Origin: a virus
Direction: 5' to 3' (one strand)
IMG/VR virus record: IMGVR_UViG_3300012362_000001
Location: 1 to 41,118 of that record
Length of the DNA stretch: 41,118 bases
Position numbers and translations under genes: made by a program. Positions 25,074 to 33,715 of the stretch are shown here, one piece after another (the stretch's first letter is position 1; each line of letters starts with the position of its first letter). Below the pieces are notes generated by a model. That model was not told where the DNA came from and searched no databases. It saw only the letters and a program-made list of their open reading frames with translations.

Positions 25074-27791
25074 ATGGCTGCAGGCGAAGTTCTTCTTAAT
25101 GGAGCGCAGTTAGATGATGGCGGGACAACCAGTCATGCTACTGCTCCAAACGTGCTCGATGGGAATTCTCTCACCTATTGGCATACTGATCCTCAGGCCA
25201 ATACTGGGTATGTCGGAATCGATGCTGGAGCATCGTGCTCACTTACGCGAGTAAGGTTGTCGGCATTTGGAGGCTCCGAGGACGCATTGGTTGGCGGGTT
25301 AGTGCAAGGCGGTTCGTCCAGCGCATTTGCGCAACAATTAGGATTTCAGCAGGCTAATGGCGTAGGAGTAAACGCCACCAATCAAACCAGTGTTCCAGTC
25401 ATCTTTACTGGCGTCCAAACCGCAGGAAATGCCAACATCATTTTCATTTTCAGCAGCGCTTCCGCGGTTATAAGCGGAGTCACCGATACTAAAGGTAACG
25501 TATATACGTTCTTGTATAGGGATAATGTCGCGTCTGGTGCACACGTATCTTGTTACATTGCCACTGGAATAGTCGCTGCCCTTGCTAATGCCAATACGGT
25601 TACAGTTTCCTTGTCAACTGCCAGCGATTATCCTACAGTATTCATATCTGAGTATTCTGGTATTTCCGGAACAGGTTTGGCCACAATAAATGCTCATTCG
25701 TCTAATAGCGGGACCGGTACAGCTATTGATTCTGGCAACATAACGACGACTAATCCAAATACTGTATTAGTGTCTATAGGTGGATTCGGTGATTCACCCG
25801 CAGTAAGCACTGGTCCAGGATTCATACTGAATAAAAACCTTTCTCCGTGGGGCGCGGTGATGGAAGAAAGGCCGGTAATAAGTACCGTTACATCGTCAGG
25901 TTCATTCACTATTAGTACTAGCCAAAGCTGGAATTGTACAGTGGCGGCGTTTAATTTGACTGGCGTATACGATCCAAATGCGTTCCTATTTGTCGCGGCC
26001 AGGCCGCTTACAGGAACCTTGTTAAACGAGTACTCAATTACAGCCGCTCCGCTATTTCGTTATTATCGTTATAGTGCCCCATCTGCCTCCAACGGCAACC
26101 TGGCTGATCTTGATTTAATCGTACAATACACGGCGGGTGTAACTGCAGCAGCGGTATCGCCAACCATACTGCCAACTGGCCGCTCTTTCGATTTGCCGAC
26201 AGTTATAACCCTTAGCAGCATAACAACGGATGCGGCCATTTATTACACCTTAGATGGCACCACGCCAACTGTTGGTTCGATTCTATATAATGCTCCGTTT
26301 GTATTGAGCGCCAGTGCCACACTTAAAGCTATAGCCGTTAGTCCAGGACTCACCAATAGTCGTGTAACGAGCACGAAGTTTAACATACCATCAAGTCTAG
26401 TGTCACTGAATAGTCAAATCGATGACCGAAATTATAAGACATGGGCTGTTGATCCCTTTTTTTTCCTAGATCCTAATAGTGGTTGGTGGTACATGTATGG
26501 AATCAACCTTGATTGTAACGGGATTGCTACATTCGGCTATCTAGGAGTTGATACATATAAATCTGCCGATTTGCGTAACTGGATATTCGTTAACACAGTT
26601 ATAGGTCCATCGCTTGGTACTCAGGTGAACAGTTCCACTTACTTCGCACGCCCTTGGGTGGCGTATAATGCATCTACTGCAAGATACGTCCTGTGGATTA
26701 ATTCTGCGAGTCGGCCAACTGTGTATACGGCTCCATCGCCAGAAGGGCCGTGGACGTTTGTTGCACAATATACCAGCTTAAATGGATGGATTAGCAATGG
26801 AGATCCGTGCTGGTTTTTAGATTCGGATGGAATTAGTGCATACTTGGTATTCACTTCTAATTTCAACGCTGTGTTCAATAAGCTCACGGCCGCATGGACT
26901 AATGTAGATGGAGTCAACTTTGCGTCCTATGATGTAGCATCGACATTTGGCGAACAGGGCGGCTCAGGAGACGGGACAAAATTAGATGGTCCGCACATGT
27001 TTAAGAGGGGAAATACCTATTTCTTCATGTCCAACGCGCAATGGAATTGGGCTCCTATGGTGAATTGCTACGCAACCAGCTCTAATCCTCTAGGGCCGTG
27101 GACAAATAAAGGGAACCCGTTTCAGGCGGTGCAGGGTGGCAACCCGGATAATTCTGTTGCATTTGGTGCTCAAAATAATTATCCAATATTCATTCCTGGA
27201 AGGAACGCATTTATCTATACTGGCGATGCGTACAATACTGGGCTACCCGGCACTGTCAGCACGTCCACTACGGCTAATTTCCAGGCATGCACGTTGTTTT
27301 ATCTTCCTATCATTTTTCCTACGGCGTCCACTATGTCCATAGCATGGAATCCATCATGGGCACTGGATAACGTATTCCCGACGTTATCGGGAGCTCCGGT
27401 TGCACCCAATAATCTAAAGTTGAGTACTTTGGGAAGTGTTACGGCAGGAATTAAGATCAGTTGGAATAATTCTGAACCGAATCCTCATGCGCTCTACGTA
27501 GATCGCTCTAGCGACATGCTTTGGACTATCGGAGTCAGATCCTATTCTGTGCCATTCGGAGCAACATCATTTACGGATACATTCGCGGTTCCTGGCCAAA
27601 AGTACATTTATCGCGTGCGAGCAGTTAACGCGAATGGCACCGCTAATTCGCCGGACGTAACGTCCGGAGGAACATTGGTGACATTCAGGCCATCTAAAGC
27701 AAGGCGGCTTTACAATCTGGAATTGCTAAAGGATGAAATGACGAAGGATGAATACGCCAAACGCGAAGCGTCGATTCTAAATGAGCGATGA
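25074..27791 (+). CDS. Tail spike or fibre with a GH43-like five-bladed propeller
   Basis: 905 aa from ATG 25074 (track ORF 24966..27791). The N-terminal discoidin-like segment is NVLDGNSLTYWHT. A chitobiase-C-like beta-sandwich follows (AAIYYTLDGTTPTVGSILYNAPFVLSASATLKAIAV). GH43-like blades are DPFFFLDPNSGWWYMYG, GDPCWFLDSDGISAYLVF and LDGPHMFKRGNTYFFMSN. The C-terminus is an FN3 domain. Confidence 0.85.
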   Translation: MAAGEVLLNGAQLDDGGTTSHATAPNVLDGNSLTYWHTDPQANTGYVGIDAGASCSLTRVRLSAFGGSEDALVGGLVQGGSSSAFAQQLGFQQANGVGVNATNQTSVPVIFTGVQTAGNANIIFIFSSASAVISGVTDTKGNVYTFLYRDNVASGAHVSCYIATGIVAALANANTVTVSLSTASDYPTVFISEYSGISGTGLATINAHSSNSGTGTAIDSGNITTTNPNTVLVSIGGFGDSPAVSTGPGFILNKNLSPWGAVMEERPVISTVTSSGSFTISTSQSWNCTVAAFNLTGVYDPNAFLFVAARPLTGTLLNEYSITAAPLFRYYRYSAPSASNGNLADLDLIVQYTAGVTAAAVSPTILPTGRSFDLPTVITLSSITTDAAIYYTLDGTTPTVGSILYNAPFVLSASATLKAIAVSPGLTNSRVTSTKFNIPSSLVSLNSQIDDRNYKTWAVDPFFFLDPNSGWWYMYGINLDCNGIATFGYLGVDTYKSADLRNWIFVNTVIGPSLGTQVNSSTYFARPWVAYNASTARYVLWINSASRPTVYTAPSPEGPWTFVAQYTSLNGWISNGDPCWFLDSDGISAYLVFTSNFNAVFNKLTAAWTNVDGVNFASYDVASTFGEQGGSGDGTKLDGPHMFKRGNTYFFMSNAQWNWAPMVNCYATSSNPLGPWTNKGNPFQAVQGGNPDNSVAFGAQNNYPIFIPGRNAFIYTGDAYNTGLPGTVSTSTTANFQACTLFYLPIIFPTASTMSIAWNPSWALDNVFPTLSGAPVAPNNLKLSTLGSVTAGIKISWNNSEPNPHALYVDRSSDMLWTIGVRSYSVPFGATSFTDTFAVPGQKYIYRVRAVNANGTANSPDVTSGGTLVTFRPSKARRLYNLELLKDEMTKDEYAKREASILNER

Positions 27792-30700
27792 TTGGAGCCA
27801 GTTTCCGACAACGCCTCCGGCAGAACATGACTGGAGCGCATTCCCGACAGAGGCACCAGCTGCGAATGATCCGGTGCAGAGCGAGGAACTTTTTCAGCCG
27901 GACACTTCAGGTTCAAGGCGTTTAAACGCTAGATTTAATAATCCTGGAGCATTGGGGTTATCGCCTCTTGGCCGGTCATTTGGAGCGACCGCATCAGGGG
28001 TATATGACACCGGGCATCCTTTTGCCGCATTTCCTACGAAGGAGGCTGGGGCTGCTGCACAGTTTTCCTTATGGCAAAACAGAGAGCACTACCTTGGCCA
28101 CACGTTAAGGGACGCTATTACAAATTGGATAGGACCTGGTGAACATGGCGAGGCTGAGTACATATCACAAAAGACTGGCATACCGTTACATCAGCCAATT
28201 ACCGCTGAGTTATTAAGAAGTCCGCAAGGAATCAGGTTAATGCAGGCTCAAGCCCAGTATGAGGGCCAGAATGTTTTAAGCCCGGAAGAATGGCAGCGCG
28301 CGCAGGATAGGGCTTACAATCATCCACATGGCAGGCAGGATGCAGTCAGGAATAATTTGGCAGATATGGCGCGCCAAATTTCATCGGGTCAAACACCAGC
28401 AATCCCTGATGCCGGCTCAGACGACTGGAGCGCTTTCCCGACAACTTCGCCACAGCCACCGCAGAAACAGGCGCAACCACCAGATAGAAATCTAGTCGAT
28501 GACGGAACCGAGACCGGCAGGAACGCGCGCGCTATCGCAGGAGCACCGGCGCAGCCTCAAGACTGGTCAGCATTCCCGACTACACCTCCTGCACCCCAAG
28601 ATGTTCCACGTGGAACACAAGAGGCTATTACTGGAACTGGAACCAAACAACAATCAACACAAACAGAACAATCATCACAACCACAAGAATTCCAGCCCCA
28701 GAAATCATATTCGCAAGCTACGCAATTTGAGCCTGAGACACAACCACCGCAGGATACCGCATTCGATACGGTCCATAAAACGGTCCAGAACTTCTGGGAG
28801 AACGCGAAACAGAGCGCGGCGCAACTCAACCTCGGGGCGCAAGAGGGAAGCGCTTACAACCCGACGCTGCCCACTGATCCGATTGAACAGGAAATCAGGG
28901 CTACTCAAGCGAGTACGATCTTAAGCGATGAGCAGAAAGCCCAGACTATCGCGGCTTTGCGTAAAGGCCAGACGACAGTTCAAGCCAACCGAATGGGGTC
29001 AATCGCCACCGAGAAGGCCAATATCGCACAGGCTGAGGCCGCAAAGCCAGATAAAGCGTTCCAGCAAGGCGTTCTGGGCCAGGTAAGCTCGTTCGCGGGT
29101 CAAGCAACCCCTTACCTGGCAAGCGGCGCTGCAGGGCCCATTGCGCCGATTCTAATGGCCACACAGATGACAGCAGGCGCGTACGCTAGCGCAATTGACC
29201 GTTCAACCGCCGATATCAAGCGCTTGCATCCAGACTGGGATGATGCGCGGGTGCTTACCGAGGCCAATGCTGTAGCGAACGAAAGCGGAAAAGCGGCTGG
29301 CTTAAGCGGGCTGGCGCTTTCTCTGATTCCGATCCCGGTCGCTGGCCCGCTCATTGCGCGCATTGTGGAGAGAATGGGCATATCAGGCGCAACCATTGCC
29401 ATTGCTCAAGTTTATGCTGGAGCACAGGAAAATATTGCACTTAAAAAGAGCATTAATCCTAGCCAGGACGTATACGAGGGCCTCGACCAGCTCGCAAAAA
29501 CTGGCTTCGTTCAAGGTTTAGCTTTCGGCGGCGCTCATGCTCTTGGAGAGATTGGGATAGGCGGTGCAGTACCTCAACGGCCTGCAGCAGAAGTTCCGAG
29601 ACCGGAGAAAACGCAGGTAACGCCGCCTCCACCAGAGCCAAGGCCTGAAGCACAAACGCAAACGCAACCGCAACCCCAAGGGCAAGCAGCGGCCGTAATT
29701 GAGGATAACGGTGAATCGGTCGAAGAGAGAACTCCTGCACCAACTCCACCAACCCCAGAGCGAATAGCCAGGGCTTACGTAAAGATCGGAGGAAAAGTTT
29801 ACGAGGGACCAAGCCATCCCATGGCGCTCCAGCAATATCTGGAAGCAACCGGTCTGGATCAGAATCCATATTCTTTAGGGGCTGATTACATCGATAGGCA
29901 AGGTGGGACGGAAGGATTCGTTACGAATACCGGTAGGCTGGTGAACGCGGATGAAGCCCATAGGATAGCCACGGCCAGTAACCAGATAACGCCGGGTTAC
30001 ACTAGGGAGCCTGGTATGCCAGCCCTCGTTTCAGAGCAGGTATCAGATACATATCCAAGGGGAGCCAATGAACCGGCCGAATTCTATTCCGGTATCCCGC
30101 TGCCGAAAATCGGGCCGATGATCGAATCTCCGATCGGCCGTGCGATACGCGAGACAGTATTGCCTAACCGGGAAGTCGTAGCGCAATATCCGCACACGGA
30201 CCAACTGCTGACGCAGCTCGATCAATTCCGGGCCGAGCAAGGAGAATTGCAAGGCCGGGTTGCGCAGCTCAACCACCTTTACGGACAGCTCGAAAAGAAG
30301 AATCCGAAGCTGACAGACGAGATCAATTCTATCGGCAAGTATGTCGAGGAGAATCAAGCATTGCCATCCAAGATGAGCCCGGAAGCGCAACGATGGCTAA
30401 ATGAGGCGAATAACGGCCTGTACCGCGATATTGGAGACAGGATGCGAGCAGGCGGATTCAAGACTGTGCTACCCGACGGAACAACGCGGCCGTTTATTGG
30501 CGCTCCACCGGACGTCACCCCGTTCCCTCGCATCATGCGGCCAGATGTCGCCGATGTGCTCGATAACAAGGAGCTCACCGACGCTCAAGGTCGCCTAACG
30601 CCGGAAGCAAGGGCAATCTACGACGAGGGGGTCAGGACGATTAATAAAAATACTGGCAACCCGTTCTTCTCAAGCGAACAGGATTTATTGGATTTGGCCG

Positions 30701-32586
30701 ATCAGCGACGTGCGGCAAACGAAATGAACGCCAAAAACAATCCAGCGATGAGCGGATTAGAGAAGGCGCGAGTCGTCAAATATCCATCCTTTTTCTATAC
30801 CTATAGCCCGCAAGCGATGCTCGACACCATGATGAGGCAATCGACCGAGATCGCGCGCCTCAACGCTTTCGGGCAGAAGATCGGGCGAGCGCCGGATCTA
30901 TTCGATAAGACTGAAGAAGCGATTAATAAGGATCTAAGTCTAAGTGGGAACAAGATTAAAAGCGCCGTAAACTCCATCGGGGACTTGCGTAGCTTCGTTT
31001 ATGGCACCAATCGCCGGGGAGCGGCAACACGGATACTTCGCGGGATCTCAAGCGCAGGCCTCGCGGGTAGCCCGCACACGAGCACCAAGATTGGCCTTTC
31101 AATGCTTTTCAATGTGCCTGCTTATCGCGGGCTGGGACGCACGCTTAGCGGAATCCTCAACACCTCTTTCCGCTACAGCCAGAACATGACCGAGCTCCGG
31201 CGCCTGGGGCTTTCCAACGATGTCATACTCAACCTGCATGATGACCCAACCGCGGTGACGACAGCAGAGCAGAAGGCGAGCAATATCTTTACTGGTGTTC
31301 TGCGGGTCGCGGGCCATGCTCTGGCACAAGATATCGGCAAAAGCGTCACGGCGGCCGCATCGAAGTCTTGGCTGACTAAGTTTGCAATTCCGAAATTGCA
31401 ATCAGATCCAGGAATGACCCGCGGGATCACCAGAATGATCGCAGCGGACATTAGGCGTCGCGGAATGGATCCGGCAGCTTTCAAAGCTCCGAACATTGAC
31501 CCGAAACTGGTCGACCGTTTTATCCGCGAGGACGTGAACGATATCCAAACCGCCTACCGGCCAGAGGATTATCCCGCATGGGCAAGCAAGAGCGAGCTGG
31601 GCTCCCTGGCGTTCCAGTTTGGGCACTGGGCATATAACGGAGCCAGGACCATCATCCGTGATTCAGTCATGCCAATGGCGCGCGCAGCGCAAAATAATGA
31701 TTTCTCGCTCGTCGGCCACTACATGGGACGCCTCGCCGGTATTGCCCTTGCTTCTGCTGGAGCAAGCGAAGCGTGGCGTCAGGTTGATAAGCTTTTCGGA
31801 GGAAGCTCGAACGTCGCGACAATCGCAGAAATCACGCAGGCTTTCATTCGCGGGAACCCGGCAGCAGCGCACCTTCTAGTCAATCGACTGGTCCAGGATA
31901 TCATTGGGGCGCCTACAATCGGTATGTTCGGCGACATTGCAAATTGGGTAAAAGGCATCGCGAGCGGAACCGCTGACACAACGCATTTCTTCAATCCATC
32001 GGCACCGGCAGGCTTCGGATATCTGAAGATTATGCTGACAGCGACCAACCAGGCAATGCAGCAAGGAGGCAAGCTATCTGACCGCCAAAAAGCGAATTTC
32101 GCTTCACAGTTGGCCGGGCTTGTAAAAGGTTACTACGATCTCGCGAACACGGTGCAGGCGCCATTACCGGGCCACGCTGAGGCAATGGGACGCCGGGAGG
32201 ATAAATTCGTCAAGAGCAGGCTCGATCTCTTCTATCAGGAAAATCCCGCATGGGACAAGCGAATGAAAGGAGGCACATTCGCCGGGAACGTGCACACGCC
32301 GTATCTGCAAAACCTCAATGAAGCTCTGATCTCAGGCAACGCGACAAGCGCGAGACAAATCATGCGCCAAATGCAGAAAGATCTAAAGCTTGACTCGAAG
32401 CAGCTTGAGACATCGGTCAGGGAAAGTGTGCGCTCTCACGAGCCGATGCCTACCGGGAAGGCGGGGCAAGCCTTTAGCCTGTGGGCTCGACGGACTCTAA
32501 CCCCGGACGAAACGCAGAGGATGCGAGCGATCCAGGGGGTGTACTCGCGGACGGCGACCCGGGCGGGGATTGCGTTAAAGGAATAA
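27781..32586 (+). CDS. Giant internal-virion / ejection-type protein (1601 aa)
   Basis: The longest ORF. It carries four DWSxFPT motifs and an N-terminal NNPG-containing globular domain (aa about 50-190). P/Q-rich linkers and hydrophobic membrane-like segments (aa about 440-590) follow, then a long helical C-terminal part. Size and position resemble podovirus ejection proteins. Confidence 0.9.
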   Translation: MSDDWSQFPTTPPAEHDWSAFPTEAPAANDPVQSEELFQPDTSGSRRLNARFNNPGALGLSPLGRSFGATASGVYDTGHPFAAFPTKEAGAAAQFSLWQNREHYLGHTLRDAITNWIGPGEHGEAEYISQKTGIPLHQPITAELLRSPQGIRLMQAQAQYEGQNVLSPEEWQRAQDRAYNHPHGRQDAVRNNLADMARQISSGQTPAIPDAGSDDWSAFPTTSPQPPQKQAQPPDRNLVDDGTETGRNARAIAGAPAQPQDWSAFPTTPPAPQDVPRGTQEAITGTGTKQQSTQTEQSSQPQEFQPQKSYSQATQFEPETQPPQDTAFDTVHKTVQNFWENAKQSAAQLNLGAQEGSAYNPTLPTDPIEQEIRATQASTILSDEQKAQTIAALRKGQTTVQANRMGSIATEKANIAQAEAAKPDKAFQQGVLGQVSSFAGQATPYLASGAAGPIAPILMATQMTAGAYASAIDRSTADIKRLHPDWDDARVLTEANAVANESGKAAGLSGLALSLIPIPVAGPLIARIVERMGISGATIAIAQVYAGAQENIALKKSINPSQDVYEGLDQLAKTGFVQGLAFGGAHALGEIGIGGAVPQRPAAEVPRPEKTQVTPPPPEPRPEAQTQTQPQPQGQAAAVIEDNGESVEERTPAPTPPTPERIARAYVKIGGKVYEGPSHPMALQQYLEATGLDQNPYSLGADYIDRQGGTEGFVTNTGRLVNADEAHRIATASNQITPGYTREPGMPALVSEQVSDTYPRGANEPAEFYSGIPLPKIGPMIESPIGRAIRETVLPNREVVAQYPHTDQLLTQLDQFRAEQGELQGRVAQLNHLYGQLEKKNPKLTDEINSIGKYVEENQALPSKMSPEAQRWLNEANNGLYRDIGDRMRAGGFKTVLPDGTTRPFIGAPPDVTPFPRIMRPDVADVLDNKELTDAQGRLTPEARAIYDEGVRTINKNTGNPFFSSEQDLLDLADQRRAANEMNAKNNPAMSGLEKARVVKYPSFFYTYSPQAMLDTMMRQSTEIARLNAFGQKIGRAPDLFDKTEEAINKDLSLSGNKIKSAVNSIGDLRSFVYGTNRRGAATRILRGISSAGLAGSPHTSTKIGLSMLFNVPAYRGLGRTLSGILNTSFRYSQNMTELRRLGLSNDVILNLHDDPTAVTTAEQKASNIFTGVLRVAGHALAQDIGKSVTAAASKSWLTKFAIPKLQSDPGMTRGITRMIAADIRRRGMDPAAFKAPNIDPKLVDRFIREDVNDIQTAYRPEDYPAWASKSELGSLAFQFGHWAYNGARTIIRDSVMPMARAAQNNDFSLVGHYMGRLAGIALASAGASEAWRQVDKLFGGSSNVATIAEITQAFIRGNPAAAHLLVNRLVQDIIGAPTIGMFGDIANWVKGIASGTADTTHFFNPSAPAGFGYLKIMLTATNQAMQQGGKLSDRQKANFASQLAGLVKGYYDLANTVQAPLPGHAEAMGRREDKFVKSRLDLFYQENPAWDKRMKGGTFAGNVHTPYLQNLNEALISGNATSARQIMRQMQKDLKLDSKQLETSVRESVRSHEPMPTGKAGQAFSLWARRTLTPDETQRMRAIQGVYSRTATRAGIALKE

Positions 32587-32770
32587 ATTGGCTGTGATAC
32601 ATTTCAGACCCGAATGCATCTGCTGCTTGCCAAGCTTCCTCGGCCTCAAGCATAAATGGCGTGTCATCTTGGCTATGAGCGATGAAATACGCTACAGCCA
32701 CCTCCAGTCTTATTTGATAAATGCTTTTACCGTAGGTGCTTAAGACGTATTGTGGGAATGTTTGACTCAT
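32474..32770 (-). CDS. Hypothetical protein (98 aa), last gene of the leftward operon
   Basis: Internal ATG (32770) of track ORF 32474..32869. MSQTFPQYVLSTYGKSIYQIRLEVAVAYFIAHSQDD... Its low-complexity 3' end overlaps the convergent giant gene by 113 nt. Confidence 0.5.
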   Translation of the reverse strand: MSQTFPQYVLSTYGKSIYQIRLEVAVAYFIAHSQDDTPFMLEAEEAWQAADAFGSEMYHSQFIPLTQSPPGSPSASTPPGSLASSAFRPGLESVEPTG

Positions 32771-32795
32771 AAATCTTTCAAGGAGAAGGCTTTGT

Positions 32796-33131
32796 TTATC
32801 GCGTTGGTGACGCTGGGGCCGTACCTGCTTGCCCTTGCGGTAATACAACTGTCGGAATTGCTTGCGCAATTTCTACTGCTGCTAGGGAACTCGTTGCAGC
32901 AGCCCTCATGCTGACCTTGTTCAAATGAACATAGCGTTGATTGGCGCCGAGTGAAGCTGTTATCGTCTCAAGCTGCGTGTTTACGCGAGCCAATGCGGTT
33001 TGCGCATCTTTAAGTTGCGTGTTTTTTGCAGCCAAGGCTGCCTGCGATTCTCCAAGCTGAAAAACGGCAGCGCTCACATCAAGTTGAGCCTTTTCTAGAA
33101 GGATGCGCAATGTGCGGGAATCGTCATTCAT
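32796..33131 (-). CDS. Coiled-coil protein (111 aa)
   Basis: A/Q/L-rich heptad-like sequence with a 4-nt start/stop overlap to the upstream gene on the minus strand. Confidence 0.6.
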   Translation of the reverse strand: MNDDSRTLRILLEKAQLDVSAAVFQLGESQAALAAKNTQLKDAQTALARVNTQLETITASLGANQRYVHLNKVSMRAAATSSLAAVEIAQAIPTVVLPQGQAGTAPASPTR

Positions 33132-33340
33132 TTGTAGACTTTCCTGAAATTGTGCAACCGTGGAGGATCGGGAATATTTGTCGGTTTTGGTTCTCGATGC
33201 TCAGGTGGATAAACCCGCGTCTTTTTAATATTCCAATATTCTTTGTAATGGCATAATGGACATTCAAAAGCCCGATCATAAAACAGGATGTGTCCTAAGG
33301 GTTTCATCATAGCATGACACTGAAGGCATGGTTCGTTCAT
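33128..33340 (-). CDS. Zinc-ribbon protein (70 aa)
   Basis: CLQC...CPLC are two CxxC pairs. 4-nt overlaps with both neighbours. Confidence 0.65.
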   Translation of the reverse strand: MNEPCLQCHAMMKPLGHILFYDRAFECPLCHYKEYWNIKKTRVYPPEHREPKPTNIPDPPRLHNFRKVYK

Positions 33341-33522
33341 TTTTTCGGATACGTTCGGCCAAACTCTTTGTCGATAAAATCGTCAACCGCCATTCGGAGC
33401 AGTGTCGCCATAGAGACCAGGTCCCGGTATTTGACGCGCTTTAGTTCGCGCAGATCTTTCAGTTGATCAACGGGAATCCTCAACCCCGTTTGTACCAGTT
33501 TGCGGTGCGTTCGGCCATTCAT
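33337..33522 (-). CDS. Ribbon-helix-helix (Arc/CopG-type) DNA-binding protein
   Basis: 61 aa. TGLRIPVDQLKDLRELKRV...VSMATLLRMAVDDFIDK fits strand, helix A, turn, helix B. It is the first gene of the leftward operon and faces the divergent promoter region. Confidence 0.7.
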   Translation of the reverse strand: MNGRTHRKLVQTGLRIPVDQLKDLRELKRVKYRDLVSMATLLRMAVDDFIDKEFGRTYPKK

Positions 33523-33538
33523 GATTTTCTGAGTCGCA

Positions 33539-33567
33539 ATTATGGCACGTTGTTACCGGATGCGCAA
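33539..33567 (-). promoter_or_regulatory. Candidate leftward sigma70-type promoter
   Basis: On the minus strand, TTGCGC (33562-33567), 17 nt, then CATAAT (33539-33544), about 17 nt upstream of the RHH start codon. Confidence 0.35.
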
Positions 33568-33601
33568 CAGAAATAATCAGTATAAACACTTTCGGCTGCT
33601 A

Positions 33602-33629
33602 TTGACATGTTTAAAAAGGGGCTTAAAGT
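33602..33629 (+). promoter_or_regulatory. Candidate rightward early promoter
   Basis: TTGACA (33602-33607), 16 nt, then TAAAGT (33624-33629), in the 193-nt divergent intergenic region. Confidence 0.45.
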
Positions 33630-33715
33630 GCAATTACCAAATGAATTCGGGCGAGTCCTGGTGAGTACAAAATGCCCCTAATTTCACCTAGCCTATTTTA
33701 TATGACATTTATTGT

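Noticed and set aside
28499-28924. Alternative-frame and antisense ORFs within the giant gene (for example 28499..28924 and 29459..29869)
   Set aside because: They are shadow ORFs of a P/Q-rich coding region. The 1601-aa frame is continuous and motif-bearing.
33026-33256. 76-aa + strand ORF inside the leftward operon
   Set aside because: It lies opposite two minus-strand genes that have clear motifs (zinc ribbon, coiled coil) and 4-nt start/stop coupling.
33536-33636. GCAATTA present next to both divergent -10 elements (33536-33542 and 33630-33636) as possible operators
   Set aside because: A repeated 7-mer within about 190 bp is expected by chance about once. There is no dyad symmetry or further copies, so I do not call it an operator.
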